A stretch of DNA of 64,000 nt from an uncultured cyanobacterium (GCA_963740315.1 CAVUDP010000003.1:128001-192000), one strand, 5' to 3'. Counted from the stretch's first letter, positions 31,875 through 41,631 are shown. A program made the numbers and translations. Notes: generated from the letters alone by a model not told the origin.

Positions 31875-32027
31875 ATGTTTATTTCCAAAATGCTTTCAAA
31901 TATAGCTCAGTACATTTCTGGAGCGGTAATGCGAATTTTTGGTCCTAATGACGATGCTTATCCTAACAGTGGCGTTCAACCATTTACAGGTGAAGTTTAC
32001 AAAAGAAGGACGGCTGATAGTTGGTAA
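31875..32027 (+). CDS. 50-aa conserved cyanobacterial small protein (RIF.P.DD.YP..GVQPF.G family), missing from ORF track
   Basis: MFISKMLSNIAQYISGAVMRIFGPNDDAYPNSGVQPFTGEVYKRRTADSW, followed by a terminator. Confidence 0.75.
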   Translation: MFISKMLSNIAQYISGAVMRIFGPNDDAYPNSGVQPFTGEVYKRRTADSW

Positions 32028-32066
32028 TTAATAAAAATAAACATGAATCAATATCGAATTAAAATC

Positions 32067-32102
32067 GGTGGCGAAAGTTAACTTTCGCCACCAATTTTTT
32101 TT
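32067..32102 (+). terminator. Intrinsic terminator, possibly bidirectional
   Basis: GGTGGCGAAAGT-TA-ACTTTCGCCACC plus T run. Confidence 0.8.
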
Positions 32103-32178
32103 AGTTTCACGATCTACGCTTTTTATTCTCAATTAAGAATAGAAAATGTAGACTATTCTCCAGAATAATTCAATTTTT

Positions 32179-32871
32179 CTACAAAGCTAATTGACGACGC
32201 AGATTTTGCTGTTTATTAAATTCTTTTTGTTCTGGTGTTAATATATCGTAATTAATTAGAGGACGCATTTCCCACTGAAGTTCAGCTAAAAGCATTAAAC
32301 TCATTCCCATTATTAAACCAGTTGCAAGAAACTGTTTACCACTAGAGTAGGGTAAAAGTAGAATTCCTATTGAATGAATCGCTGCTGTAATTAAAAAAGT
32401 ACGGGATTTTACTGCCCATGCCGTAATAATATAACCGACTGCACTTAATCCCAACCACAAAGGACACAAGCGCATCAATACTTGTCCCCACCCCAGAAAT
32501 ATTCCCAAATCAGTTAGCATAACACCAGCTAACACTAAACCCACCCAAGCGTATATCAGCCAACGCAAACGTTCTACAGTTACCCAAAACCAAGTAAATG
32601 CAATCATCATCACAGTTGCGATCGCGGTAAGTGTTGTCCATAAAATTGCTTGCGTAGTCCAACTGACGGGTAAAAATTGCGCTGTCGTAAAAATTCCGGC
32701 GCAGATTAAACCCCAAATGATAAATACTTGGTCTATTCGAGTATAAAACCCTGAAATCAATCTAATATTTCCAATCTTGCCACTTATGCGCCAAATACCT
32801 TGTAAATCCTGGTAATCTAAATCTTCCTGTTTATCGCGCAGGAAAGGTTGAGATAATGTTAAAAAAGTCAT
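32179..32871 (-). CDS. Conserved hypothetical multi-TM membrane protein
   Basis: About six hydrophobic segments; YTRIDQVF.IWG motif. Confidence 0.75.
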   Translation of the reverse strand: MTFLTLSQPFLRDKQEDLDYQDLQGIWRISGKIGNIRLISGFYTRIDQVFIIWGLICAGIFTTAQFLPVSWTTQAILWTTLTAIATVMMIAFTWFWVTVERLRWLIYAWVGLVLAGVMLTDLGIFLGWGQVLMRLCPLWLGLSAVGYIITAWAVKSRTFLITAAIHSIGILLLPYSSGKQFLATGLIMGMSLMLLAELQWEMRPLINYDILTPEQKEFNKQQNLRRQLAL

Positions 32872-33189
32872 TATAAGTCATCCGCCGTAAGTAACAAATT
32901 TTTCTATATCTATAGGAGTATTTTAGTGAGAATTCATCAAGTTCTACAACCTATTCTCAATAAAACACAATAAATTAGTTCGTTTAGAACTTTTTTGAGA
33001 GTAATGTCCGTGGTAAACCATTTATAGAGACTTTTATATGGCAGTGACTGTAAACTGCGTAAATCTTTTAAATCAAACTATATCGGCTTAACAATAAGTC
33101 AGATAGATTATTTTTCTATCCTTGCTGGGGTATTCAAGTCATTGTCAAGCTGAAGTCAGTTTTGATAATAACGAGGAAGTCAAAATAAA

Positions 33190-33597
33190 ATGCTTTGGAA
33201 ATTTGTAGTTGGTACTTTAGTATTACCTTGCTGTTTGGGATTTGAAACAGCTTCAGCAACACTGAAAAAAGATGTCCAACCAGCGCAGTCTGAAATAGAA
33301 TTAATATCTCTTGATGAGCAAGCAAATGTAGGGGAAACCTTACCTGCAATAAACCAAAACGATTACAAAATTAGTCATCATAAACAACGCGATCGCAAAC
33401 GCAATCATTACAAGCGTCGTAATTATCAACGGCGCAATTACAACCAACATTACCGAAGAGTGAATTATCGCGATAATTATCAAGATTGTCCCGAATCCCG
33501 TCGTAGAAGGGTAAATTACCGCCCTGCATCTTATCGACAAGAGGTTTATCCCATCAATGATATGATTTATCGTCGGCACTATCATGACCGTCATTAG
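33190..33597 (+). CDS. Secreted Arg/Tyr/His-rich low-complexity protein
   Basis: GAGG RBS, signal-like N-terminus (ASA), repeated RRxNY motifs. Confidence 0.65.
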   Translation: MLWKFVVGTLVLPCCLGFETASATLKKDVQPAQSEIELISLDEQANVGETLPAINQNDYKISHHKQRDRKRNHYKRRNYQRRNYNQHYRRVNYRDNYQDCPESRRRRVNYRPASYRQEVYPINDMIYRRHYHDRH

Positions 33598-33743
33598 ATA
33601 AATACTTGCGGCAACATTCAATTAAACATTTTGTTTAGTTAGGAAGTAGTGGTCCTTTGCATTAAATTTGATAGGTTCGTAGTAAGCGCTTCAGCGCCTC
33701 CGGATTTAGGGCTTAAGCCCTTACTACGAACCGGGTGAGGGGA

Positions 33744-34063
33744 ATCGCAAACGTCATCATTACAAGCGTCGTAATTATCAACGACGCAATTACAACCAAC
33801 ATTACCGAAGAGTGAATTATCGCGATAATTATCAAGATTGTCCCGAATCCCGTCGTAGAAGGGTAAATTACCGTCCTGCATCTTATCGACAAGAGGCTTA
33901 TCCCATCAATGATATGATTTATCGTCGGCACTATCATGACCGTCATTAGATAAATTCTTGCGCCAACATTCAATTAAATATTTTGTTTAGTTAGGGAGTA
34001 GTGGTTCTTTGCATTAAATTTGACGGGTTCGTAGTAAGCGCTTCAGCGCCTCCGGATTTAGGG
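33744..34063 (+). repeat. 320-bp near-identical direct duplicate of 33392-33711 (start-less 3' gene fragment plus downstream DNA)
   Basis: Constant 352-nt offset with few substitutions. Confidence 0.92.
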
Positions 34064-34213
34064 AACTGAAGCCCTTCCATTCCATTCGAGGATTTTAATC
34101 GTCAGATGAAATTAAAACTCTTACTACGAACCTTTTTACCCAGCAAAACTTTTTCCAAGTACTAGTAGTTGATTGCATTAAATTTGATTGATTCGACGTG
34201 CCGATTTTAGTAC

Positions 34214-34384
34214 TAAGTACTTAGGCAAAATTAATTGTGTATTTGTCATTGCGAGTGGAACGTTCACGCGGAGCGTGCGGCTCAGTGAAATGAAGCATTC
34301 AGCGGAAGCTGCGGTTCATCGCAACACTTTGAGATTACTTCGCTGTCGCTCGTAATGACACAATTAATTTTGCACACCTACTTA
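34214..34384. mobile_element. TA-ended MITE-like element carrying a GTCATTGCGAG hairpin and two ~20-nt insertions
   Basis: Imperfect TIR TAAGTA...GCAAAATTAATTGTGT / ACACAATTAATTTTGC...TACTTA. Confidence 0.7.
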
Positions 34385-34543
34385 AATCCGGAGGGCTGAA
34401 GCCCTTACTACGAACCGGGTGATAAAGTCACTATCCAAGCAGCAACCACACCAATATAAATATCAACATTCTCGGTTAATGGCACAACCCAAGCACAAAT
34501 AATTACACTTAAGGTACTCCTATTAACTTGCTTCTTTATTAAA

Positions 34544-35734
34544 ATGACCGAACAAAATCGAATTTGCATTCTTGGTGGTGGCTTTGGTGGACTTTATACC
34601 GCTTTACGTTTAGTTCAATTGGATTGGGAAAAGTCCCAGAAGCCGGAAATTGTTCTCGTGGATCAAAACGATCGCTTTTTATTTTCCCCTCTTTTATACG
34701 AATTGCTTACCGGAGAAATGCAAAGTTGGGAAATCGCTCCCCCTTATGAAGAACTTTTACAAAATACTGGTATCCGCTTTTATAAAGCAACGGTATCTGG
34801 TATCGATACCGAGCAAAAACGAGTAGAGCTTTTAAATGGTCCCGAAATTCCCTACGACCGTTTAGTATTAGCTATGGGTGGAGAAACCCCCTTGGATATG
34901 GTACCTGGTGCCATATCTCACGCTCGTGCTTTCCGCACTCTTGATGATGCTTTCGCTTTGGAAGAAAAATTACGAATACTTGAAGAATCTGACAGAGAAA
35001 AAATCCGAGTTGCAATTGTTGGCGGTGGCTATAGCGGTGTTGAATTAGCCTGCAAATTATCTGACAGACTTGGGGAAAGAGGACGTTTCCGAGTAGTTGA
35101 AATGGCTAACGAAATTCTCCGCAATTCTCCAGAATTTAACCGCGAAGCTGCGAAAAAAGCTTTGGATGAGCGAGGTGTGTGGGTTGATTTGGAAACAAAG
35201 GTAGAATCTATCGCTAGCGATCGCATTTCTTTGGAATACAAAAATGTTGTAGATGAAATTCCTGTAGACTTGGTAATTTGGACTGTAGGAACGAGGGTAA
35301 GTCCCTTAGTCGAAAATCTTCCCGTTAAGCACAACCAACAAGGAAAAATCGTCACGACATCAACTTTACAGGTAGTAGATAATCCCAATATCTTCGCTCT
35401 GGGAGACTTAGCAGAAACATTTGATGCCGAAGGAAAACAAGTTCCGATAACCGCACAGGCAGCTTTCCAACAAGCAGATTATGTCGGCTGGAATATTTGG
35501 GCAAGTCTTACCAATCGTCCTTTGCTTGCCTTCCGCTACCAGCATTTAGGTGAATTTATGTCACTTGGAGTAGATAACGCCACTCTTACGGGTTTGGGCA
35601 TGAAAATGGAAGGAACATTTGGATATATCGCCCGTCGTGTTGCCTACCTTTACCGTCTGCCAACTCTAGAACATAAACTAAAAGTTGGTTTTAATTGGCT
35701 AACTCGTCCTATTATAGAAACACTCTCGTCATAG
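34544..35734 (+). CDS. Type II NAD(P)H dehydrogenase-family flavoprotein (NdbB-like)
   Basis: GGGFGGL, F.F.PLLYE, VGGGYSGVELA, IFALGD, TAQ.A.QQA. Confidence 0.88.
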   Translation: MTEQNRICILGGGFGGLYTALRLVQLDWEKSQKPEIVLVDQNDRFLFSPLLYELLTGEMQSWEIAPPYEELLQNTGIRFYKATVSGIDTEQKRVELLNGPEIPYDRLVLAMGGETPLDMVPGAISHARAFRTLDDAFALEEKLRILEESDREKIRVAIVGGGYSGVELACKLSDRLGERGRFRVVEMANEILRNSPEFNREAAKKALDERGVWVDLETKVESIASDRISLEYKNVVDEIPVDLVIWTVGTRVSPLVENLPVKHNQQGKIVTTSTLQVVDNPNIFALGDLAETFDAEGKQVPITAQAAFQQADYVGWNIWASLTNRPLLAFRYQHLGEFMSLGVDNATLTGLGMKMEGTFGYIARRVAYLYRLPTLEHKLKVGFNWLTRPIIETLSS

Positions 35735-35948
35735 GTTTTGGTGCAACAGGGTGCAGTTGCTTAATTAGAAGGATGAAATGGTGATTTCAGGTTGTTTGAG
35801 ACTTTGCAGTTGCAAAGTCTCTACATGGGTTTCATTTTTAAGACAAAATGTAAATAAATATAATTCATCGCTTAATTTAGTAACGTCATAATATAGGCAC
35901 CAAAAAATCTAAAATCTAAAATCCAAAATCCAAAATTGTTATAGGTGG

Positions 35949-36593
35949 ATGAAACAGCCGAAAGTTATTTTTTTAGATGCCGTAGGAACGCTATTCGGTA
36001 TTAAAGGTAGTGTTGGTGAAGTTTATAGTCAAATTGCACGAGAATTTGGCGTTGAAACTTCACCAGCAACTTTGAATCAAACCTTTTTTCAAAGTTTTAA
36101 AGCTTCGCCACCGCCAGTTTTTCCTAACGCACAAGAACAAGATATTCCACAACGCGAGTTTGCATGGTGGGAGCGTATTACTCGCACCACCTTTGAACAA
36201 GCGGGCGTTTTGCACAAATTCGATGATTTTTCCGCTTTCTTTAGCGAAGTCTACATCCACTTTGGCACGGGAGATCCTTGGTTTGTTTATCCCGATGTTC
36301 TCAAAGCTTTAAATAATTGGCAACAAAAAGGAATCGAATTAGGCATATTATCCAACTTCGATTCCCGAATTTATTCAGTTTTACAATCTTTGGAATTAAG
36401 AGACTACTTTGGTACCATCACCATTGCCACCCAATCTGGTTCAGCCAAACCCAACCAAAAAATATTTGCGATCGCGCTCGAAAAACACAACTGTCTACCA
36501 GAAGCTGCATGGCACGTTGGCGACAGCGTAAAAGAAGACTATGAAGGAGCAAAAGCTGCTGGGCTTAGGGGTGTTTGGTTGAATAGAAATTAA
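35949..36593 (+). CDS. HAD-IA family hydrolase
   Basis: FLDAVGTL, ILSNFD, KP...IF, HVGDS...DY.GA..AG. Confidence 0.9.
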   Translation: MKQPKVIFLDAVGTLFGIKGSVGEVYSQIAREFGVETSPATLNQTFFQSFKASPPPVFPNAQEQDIPQREFAWWERITRTTFEQAGVLHKFDDFSAFFSEVYIHFGTGDPWFVYPDVLKALNNWQQKGIELGILSNFDSRIYSVLQSLELRDYFGTITIATQSGSAKPNQKIFAIALEKHNCLPEAAWHVGDSVKEDYEGAKAAGLRGVWLNRN

Positions 36594-36598
36594 TAATT

Positions 36599-36653
36599 GT
36601 TCGTAGTAAGCGATTTATCGCTTAATTTAAGGAATAAATTCCTTACTACGAAC
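36599..36653. repeat. REP doublet (GTTCGTAGTAA family)
   Basis: GTTCGTAGTAAG-hairpin-hairpin-CTTACTACGAAC. Confidence 0.8.
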
Positions 36654-36672
36654 AAGCTTTTTCACAAAACTG

Positions 36673-37080
36673 TTAACTTGATAATTGATTCGCTTCCTCT
36701 TCTAATATCCCAATCAGGTTTTCATCTCCCTTTTGCTTTGCAACTTCCAAACGACGCTGTAAGTTACGCTGTAAATTTGCAAGATGAATTTTAGCTAACT
36801 CATCATTGTGAGGTTGATTGCTAGCAAATAAATTATTACTAGCAGCGAAGATAGAATTTAACTTTTTGCGCTGCTTTAATTCTTTTACCTCTTCTGGATT
36901 CCCAGAATAATAAGTAGCACCGCGATATTTTAACTCAACTGCATTATGAGTTACGGGAATATATTCGGAGTGATGACACTTCCACTCCGCACCCCGATAT
37001 TTTCCACAAACTCCTTCAGTAATTACTTCAACTGTTTTAGGAGCGTATTCATATTTAATTCCGCGATAAGTAAGTTTCAT
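36673..37080 (-). CDS. DUF4278-domain protein with PirA-like C-terminal helix pair
   Basis: MKLTYRG..Y, KYRG repeats; tail H..NLQR.LQRRLEVAK.KGDENLI..LE.E. Confidence 0.8.
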   Translation of the reverse strand: MKLTYRGIKYEYAPKTVEVITEGVCGKYRGAEWKCHHSEYIPVTHNAVELKYRGATYYSGNPEEVKELKQRKKLNSIFAASNNLFASNQPHNDELAKIHLANLQRNLQRRLEVAKQKGDENLIGILEEEANQLSS

Positions 37081-37122
37081 AATTCCTTGCCTCTTTATAT
37101 CTCAACCGTTAAACAAAGTGAG

Positions 37123-37206
37123 GCGCGTTCCTTCGGCTGTTCCTACTTCCGTCTTATAAGCTTAACTAACGATTTACTGTTAACTGCTTTCTCAAGATGA
37201 ACGAAT
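37123..37206 (-). ncRNA. Glutamine riboswitch (glnA RNA motif, class I)
   Basis: Minus strand TTCGTTCATCT...AGACGGAAGTAGG-AACAG-CCGAAGGAACGC in the 5' UTR of a DUF4278 gene. Confidence 0.88.
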
Positions 37207-37218
37207 CATTTTATTTCT

Positions 37219-37232
37219 GTATCTATTGTAAC
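37219..37232 (-). promoter_or_regulatory. NtcA-like site overlapping the -10 box
   Basis: GTA-N8-AAC (one mismatch to GTA-N8-TAC) covering minus-strand TACAAT. Confidence 0.5.
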
Positions 37233-37293
37233 GCTTTTATTCTAAAGTCAGGGTACTTTAACAGACTTTTATATTTTCTTTATATTTTGCAAG

Positions 37294-37353
37294 GTTCGTA
37301 GTAAGCGCTTTAGCGCCTCATGATTCGGAAGTGCTGAAGCACTTACTACGAAC
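37294..37353. repeat. REP doublet (GTTCGTAGTAA family)
   Basis: Same architecture as 3876-3930. Confidence 0.8.
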
Positions 37354-37376
37354 CATAATTGCCTAATAAAAAAAAA

Positions 37377-38609
37377 TCAAACTTGCAAAACCTTCACCTC
37401 TTCCCCAACACTTACCTCGGACTTACCCACTTCCAAAACAGCTAAAGCATTGGTTTGAGCTAAATTAATCAAATTGCCAGAACTTTTACTACCACCTGCA
37501 ACGCTAAATTCGTAAATCCCGTCAACTAAATTCAACTTTCCCCAAATGTAAGTTTCGCGCTTACCGTTGGAAGTTAATTTTTCACGATTTTGAGCTTTGA
37601 TAAATTTGGGTTGCCAACCTTCCACAATGCCGGAACATTTTTTAATTGCTGGTTGTACGAAGCGCCAGTAACTTACCAATGCTGAAACCGGATTTCCCGG
37701 TAAACCAAAATATATTGAGGAATGGGGTGTGGGAAAACTAGCTACAGTTAAAGGTTTACCCGGTTTCATCGCTACAGCACTAACTTTGATTTCTCCTCCC
37801 AGAGATTCTAAAATTTCCTTTACGTAATCGTAATCTCCCACCGAGACACCACCGGAAGAAAGCACTATATCGGCATTGGCGATCGCTTGGGAAATAGCTT
37901 GTTTGAGTGCTTCTGGCTCATCTTTGACAATTCCTAATATCAAAGCTTCTCCTCCACATTGTTTTACCAAAGCGGCTAAAGCGTACTGATTTGAATCTAC
38001 AATTTGTCCCGGTTGTAGAGTTTGTTCGGGTGTTATTAGTTCGTTGCCAGTAGATAAAATTGCTACACGCGGACGGCGAAAAACTTCTAGTTTATTACAT
38101 TGTGCGGCGGCTAAAACTGCTATTTCCGGGGCATTTAATTCAATTCCCGCTGGTAATAATTCCGTTCCGGCTTGGTAATAATCAGCACGATGTCTGACAA
38201 ATTCTTGGGATTCCGGTGCGGCAAGGATGAATACGCGATCGCCTTCTTGGCGTGTATTTTCCTGCATGACTACCGTATCGGCACCTTTGGGCATCACCGC
38301 ACCAGTGAAAATCCGCGCTGCCTGTCCCGATTGAATGTTAGATTGAGGTTGATAGCCTGCGGCAATATCCTCAACAAGTTTTAAAACCGCAGGCTTTTCT
38401 TCAGTTGCTTGTCGCACATCTTGATAAATCACGGCATAACCATCCATTGCCGAATTATCCCAGTGAGGAAAATCAAGTTTGCTGGTAACGGGTGAAGCTA
38501 AAATACGCCCGCTAGCTGTTAATAAATCAACGGTTTCTATATCTCTTTGATTATTTAAAGGTTTGACTAAATCAAAAATAATATCTTCTGCTTCATTTAC
38601 TGGCAGCAT
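37377..38609 (-). CDS. moeA: Molybdopterin molybdotransferase
   Basis: NSAMDGYA, RIFTGA.MP.GADTVVMQE, STGNEL, SGGVSVGDYD, KPGKP, GLPGNP. Confidence 0.95.
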   Translation of the reverse strand: MLPVNEAEDIIFDLVKPLNNQRDIETVDLLTASGRILASPVTSKLDFPHWDNSAMDGYAVIYQDVRQATEEKPAVLKLVEDIAAGYQPQSNIQSGQAARIFTGAVMPKGADTVVMQENTRQEGDRVFILAAPESQEFVRHRADYYQAGTELLPAGIELNAPEIAVLAAAQCNKLEVFRRPRVAILSTGNELITPEQTLQPGQIVDSNQYALAALVKQCGGEALILGIVKDEPEALKQAISQAIANADIVLSSGGVSVGDYDYVKEILESLGGEIKVSAVAMKPGKPLTVASFPTPHSSIYFGLPGNPVSALVSYWRFVQPAIKKCSGIVEGWQPKFIKAQNREKLTSNGKRETYIWGKLNLVDGIYEFSVAGGSKSSGNLINLAQTNALAVLEVGKSEVSVGEEVKVLQV

Positions 38610-38858
38610 TGCGAGTCAATCCTAATTTTATTAAATCATCATTTTCAATTTTTAATTATCCAATAAAACAAGAACAAATTTATTTATTTGAATAGTAAAT
38701 AATTTATTTTATTTTAATCAAGCTTTATTGAAGAATAATCAAACAATAGTTTTTTTCGTAGGACTTACCGATACAGATAAAGTTAAGGGTAAACACTCAA
38801 GCAGATTCTTGTATAACTTAAGTAAAAATAATATATAAGAATTATCAGTGTTTTGAAT

Positions 38859-39347
38859 ATGAAAAGTAAAGGGTTAGCATATATTTTATGGCTTTTATGC
38901 GCTTTTAGTATATGCGGCGCTCAACGTTTTTATTGCAAAAGATATATTAGCGGTTCTATTTATCTGCTCACCTTTGGGGTTTTCGGTATAGGACAGATTA
39001 TAGATTTGTTTACTATTCCCAATATGGTGGATGAGGAAAATCTTAAATATCAAGCATTATACGGTTATCAAAATCTCAATCTTAGCGGTAATCCCCAAGT
39101 TACAATTAAGATTGACCCTCGTAGGAGTGCATTTAAAACTGCTAATAATAAGAAAGTATCCGATACTATAACAATTTTGCAAGCAGCAAAGCAAAACGGA
39201 GGTATGGTATCTCTTTCGGATTGTGTTCTCGCAACTGGTAAAGAAACTGCACAAGTTAAGCAGACGCTGGACACAATGTGTAAGGATCACTTGTTAGAAA
39301 TTACTAATCGTCCCGATTCAGGAGCGATCGTTTACAAGTTGCTTTGA
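38859..39347 (+). CDS. TM2 (NINE) domain protein
   Basis: AYILWLL...G..RFY....SG.IYL.TFG.FGIGQIIDLF.IP. Confidence 0.82.
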   Translation: MKSKGLAYILWLLCAFSICGAQRFYCKRYISGSIYLLTFGVFGIGQIIDLFTIPNMVDEENLKYQALYGYQNLNLSGNPQVTIKIDPRRSAFKTANNKKVSDTITILQAAKQNGGMVSLSDCVLATGKETAQVKQTLDTMCKDHLLEITNRPDSGAIVYKLL

Positions 39348-39350
39348 ATT

Positions 39351-39652
39351 CACATCTTGGATCGTTCTCACCAAGCCCCCAAACCCACCTTGAAATTAAT
39401 TACAAGGAACCGATATACAAAGTACGTTGAAACGCACTCTTATTCCTTGCCCAGTCTGATTTATCAGACAACTTACACCATTCTCAACAAGCATAAAGAA
39501 ACCCGGTTTCTTTTTATGAAAACATGATTTTTTCGTTATGAAATCAGCAAGAAACCGGGTTTCTGACACTCGTGCATATCAGATTTATCAGACTTTGCCT
39601 AAAAGAGCGGGGAATTTATTCTAAGGCGATTATTACAACTGCTGCAAGAAGT
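39351..39652 (-). mobile_element. Degenerate copy of the ACATCTTGCACCA-ended MITE with its own internal insertion (~39470-39593)
   Basis: Reverse-complement similarity to 50149-50453. Confidence 0.7.
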
Positions 39653-39702
39653 TTGTTTGAATTGATAAGGTAATAGCAAGAGGGAACAGGAAACAGAAAA
39701 AT

Positions 39703-40097
39703 TTACTCACCACTAACAATATTTTGCTCAAGGTAATTAGCAATTTATTTCTTATTTATACTTCCTTGTGCTACTTGTAATCCCAAAGTATAAGTTTCTT
39801 GATTATTTGTATTTAAAACGTAGTTATTTATTCTTAAAAAGTATCCATTACCGCAAAAGCAGTTCGCTTATTACCATCAATGAAAGGATGATTTTTGGCA
39901 ATATGGTATAGATAAGCGGCGGCTTGTTCGTAAATTGTTGCGTGTAAATACTCTCCGAAAAATGTTGCTTGGGGTTGTGCTAGGGCAGATTCTAGCAAGC
40001 CTTCATCTCTGACACCAGCAGTACCGCCGAAGCTCGCAACTTGATCTAAGTGAATTTCTATTGCTTCGGATACCGAAATAAATTTAGGAATCTGCAA
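39703..40097 (-). pseudogene. Doc/Fic-family toxin disrupted by a frameshift (~39836) and an in-frame stop (39745-39747)
   Basis: HPFIDGNKRTA motif; Doc-like C-terminus continues in another frame (LRINNY.L...ETY.LGLQVAQG). Confidence 0.75.
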
Positions 40098-40275
40098 GAC
40101 GACGGTAAACCTCTTCTCTTTCTCGTTTTGATGCTAGGTAAGCTTGCCAAACTTCGCTTTCATGGGAATTATTTTGGTATTTTTCTTTAAAAATGCGTAC
40201 AACTTCTAACAATTCACTTAATTCTGATTCTGGTATCTGTTCTAATTCTTGAATAATTTGTTCTTTAACAGTCAT
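40084..40275 (-). CDS. Small putative antitoxin upstream of doc
   Basis: 63-aa acidic ORF ending REEVYRRLADS, overlapping the toxin start. Confidence 0.7.
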   Translation of the reverse strand: MTVKEQIIQELEQIPESELSELLEVVRIFKEKYQNNSHESEVWQAYLASKREREEVYRRLADS

Positions 40276-40381
40276 TTTTCTAGCTAATATTACATCTGTT
40301 TACAGTTTAATATTTTTCCCTCCTGGCTTGCGAACAGGTTTAAAATACATTGGTAGATGCACTTCAAATCCAAATCAAAAA

Positions 40382-41446
40382 CTAAACCATTTGCTTGTTT
40401 TGGTATTTTGCTAAATCGCTAGGTGCTAATACACCCTCTTCCGTAATAATTGCTGTAATTAATTCTGCTGGAGTTACATCAAAAAAAGGATTATAAAAAT
40501 CAACACCAGCTGGTGTAACGATCGTTTCTCCTATTTGATAAATTTCCTTGGGATCGCGTTCTTTAATTGGGATTTGGCTACCGTCAGCAAGAGACGAATC
40601 AACAGTAGAAAGAGGTGCAGCGACGAAGAAAGGTATATTATGAGCTTTCGCCGCGATCGCCAAACCATAGGTACCAATTTTATTTACAACATCACCATTG
40701 ATCGCAATCCTGTCAGCACCGACAACTACAGCGTGAATTAAATTTTGTTTCATGCAGTGCGCTGCCATACTATCGGTAATTAAAGTTACCGGGATACCTT
40801 CTTGAACGCATTCCCAAGCAGTAAGTCTGGCACCTTGAAATCTGGGGCGAGTTTCACCAGTGAAAAGTCTTTCTAAACGTCCTTCGCGCCAAGCAGAACG
40901 TACTATACCTAAAGAAGTTCCATAGCCCGCAGTTGCCAACGCGCCAGCGTTACAGTGAGTCAGTAGCGTTAATTTTTCTGGTGTTGCGGGTAATGCTGAC
41001 AGACCATTGTCACCAATTTTATGGCAAGTTTGTAAATCTTCAGCGTTAATTGTTCGAGCAGTTTCTAATAGAGTCTTTTTAATTTCTTCTACAGTGCCGA
41101 TCATTTCATAAGCAGTCTTGAGCATCCGTGAAATTGCCCAAGACAAGTTAACTGCTGTGGAATGACTTTCGCGCAGCATTTGTGCGACATGTTCTAAATG
41201 CTTTAAAAACCGATCGCGGTTACTCGTGTCAATTTCCCGCGCCCCTAGATACATTCCATATGCAGCAGCAATCCCAATTGCAGGCGCACCACGGACAATC
41301 ATAGTTTTAATTGCCTGCGCCATATCTTCACAACGGTGAATTTCTACATAGGAATATTCATAGGGTAAACGAGTTTGATCGATTAAAGAAACTGAATTAT
41401 TATGCCAAATTACGGGATACACAGGATTTTGAGACATCATACCCAA
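40382..41446 (-). CDS. mtnA: Methylthioribose-1-phosphate isomerase
   Basis: [59 protein letters not shown]. Confidence 0.9.
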   Translation of the reverse strand: MGMMSQNPVYPVIWHNNSVSLIDQTRLPYEYSYVEIHRCEDMAQAIKTMIVRGAPAIGIAAAYGMYLGAREIDTSNRDRFLKHLEHVAQMLRESHSTAVNLSWAISRMLKTAYEMIGTVEEIKKTLLETARTINAEDLQTCHKIGDNGLSALPATPEKLTLLTHCNAGALATAGYGTSLGIVRSAWREGRLERLFTGETRPRFQGARLTAWECVQEGIPVTLITDSMAAHCMKQNLIHAVVVGADRIAINGDVVNKIGTYGLAIAAKAHNIPFFVAAPLSTVDSSLADGSQIPIKERDPKEIYQIGETIVTPAGVDFYNPFFDVTPAELITAIITEEGVLAPSDLAKYQNKQMV

Positions 41447-41631
41447 TTAGGAATTTAATTACTAAGAGATGGGAGGGAGATGGGGGGATGGGGAGAGAGG
41501 GAGAGGGGGAGACAAGGGGACAAGGAGAAATTAATTATCTACTTGCTACTCATTCCTAACTCCGGTGGTCCTCACTCCTCACTCTTAACTATTCCCAAAT
41601 CCCTAATTTATCTCTTAGCAATCAATTGTAA

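Noticed and set aside
33340..33973. Hydrophobic minus-strand ORFs 33340-33621 and 33713-33973 as duplicated membrane toxins
   Set aside because: Best explained as antisense shadows of the Arg/Tyr-rich gene and its duplicate; TTG starts without clear RBS
33392..34063. DGR template/variable repeat pair
   Set aside because: Differences are not adenine-specific and no reverse transcriptase is present; the same applies to the Rpn and haemagglutinin repeats
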